Positions 59,330 through 60,000 of a stretch of DNA of 60,000 nt are shown one piece after another. The stretch lies in the NCBI GenBank assembly GCA_028534125.1, contig CM052816.1, positions 15,440,001 to 15,500,000 on the forward strand, in the 5' to 3' direction. Position 1 is the first letter of the stretch; each line of letters opens with the position of its first letter. This stretch comes from Lama glama (Eukaryota). The position numbers were made by a program, and so were the translations under genes. The notes beneath the pieces are model-generated. The model was given only the letters and a program-made list of their open reading frames with translations. It did no database searches and was not told where the DNA came from.

Positions 59330-60000
59330 GTCTTACACATTAAGGAACCTGCAGTCTGTTGTACTTACCATGTGCCATGTACTTTTTTAGGCAAAGAAGA
59401 TATAATTAGCAAAGGCCCTGATGGAGCTTATGTTCTGGAGAATTGGAGCGGAGGGAAGATGATAATAAACAATATAGTTGATAAATGCTAAAAAGAAAAC
59501 ACAGGGTAAAGAGACGGAGAATGGTGGGAGTATATAAGCTGTTTTATATAGTGTTGACAGGGAAAGTTTCTCTGATAAAGTGGTATTTGAGCAGAGAGGC
59601 CTGAAGGGAATGAGGGAGCAAGCTATGTATACAACTGGAAGAAAAGGGTTCCAAGAAGTGGAAACAGGAAGTATAAAAACTCAGAAGTGAAAAAAAAACC
59701 AACCTCTCAGAGGTGAGAGCATAATTGATGAGTTGTGAGAACAGCAAGGAGGCCAGTTCAGCTGGTGCTGAGTCAGCATGAATAGTAGGCAATGAAATCA
59801 GAAGGTATCAGTGAATAGATTATATAGGGTATTAAGGACTTTAGGATTAGGGGTCTTGGATTATGCTCTGAAGTTGGGGGTTTGGGGAGGGTTTTGAATA
59901 AGAAGAATGGCATGATCTGATTTACATTTTGAAAGGACCAGTCTGGCTGCTGTGTTGAGAATAGATTGGAGGGCAGGGGTGGAAGCAAGACCTGTAGGAG
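59330..60000 (-). mobile_element. L2 element (continues past window end)
   Basis: tttgagcagagaggcctgaagg, aacagcaaggaggccagt, atgatctgatttacattttgaaaggaccagtctggctgctgtg. Confidence 0.8.

Noticed and set aside
49116..60000. PFDN1 final exon or alternative terminal exon
   Set aside because: No sequence encoding QKKSYLERS... was found; intron read-through stops after four codons and nothing supports its use.

Overview
Mammalian genomic DNA, almost certainly camelid (alpaca/llama/camel), judged from four copies of the tRNA-Ala-derived Vic-1-type SINE. The only gene I can support is PFDN1 (prefoldin subunit 1) on the + strand. It has a TATA-less CpG-rich promoter (~16.8-17.6 kb; NRF1, YY1, ETS, AP-1 motifs) and coding exons 1-3 at 17039-17071, 19737-19903 and 49031-49115, giving 95 codons with GT-AG introns and consistent phase. 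The last coding exon lies beyond the window. The first ~16.7 kb is intergenic and rich in old repeats (L2, MIR, MaLR/ERVL/ERV1 LTRs, MER DNA transposons) and contains a young L1 spanning a 500-N gap. Intron 2 (29.1 kb) holds a ~16 kb stack of nested antisense L1s. Most entries in the ORF track are spurious or L1 ORF2 fragments. I found no convincing new protein-coding or RNA system. The most interesting observations are retrotransposition structures: a polyadenylated dimeric LTR-R-like retrocopy, an inverted SINE pair, multiply nested L1s, a probable L1 3' transduction and a deletion patched by an inverted L1 fragment. Repeat family names are from recall of consensus sequences, not a database search, and boundaries of old repeats are approximate.
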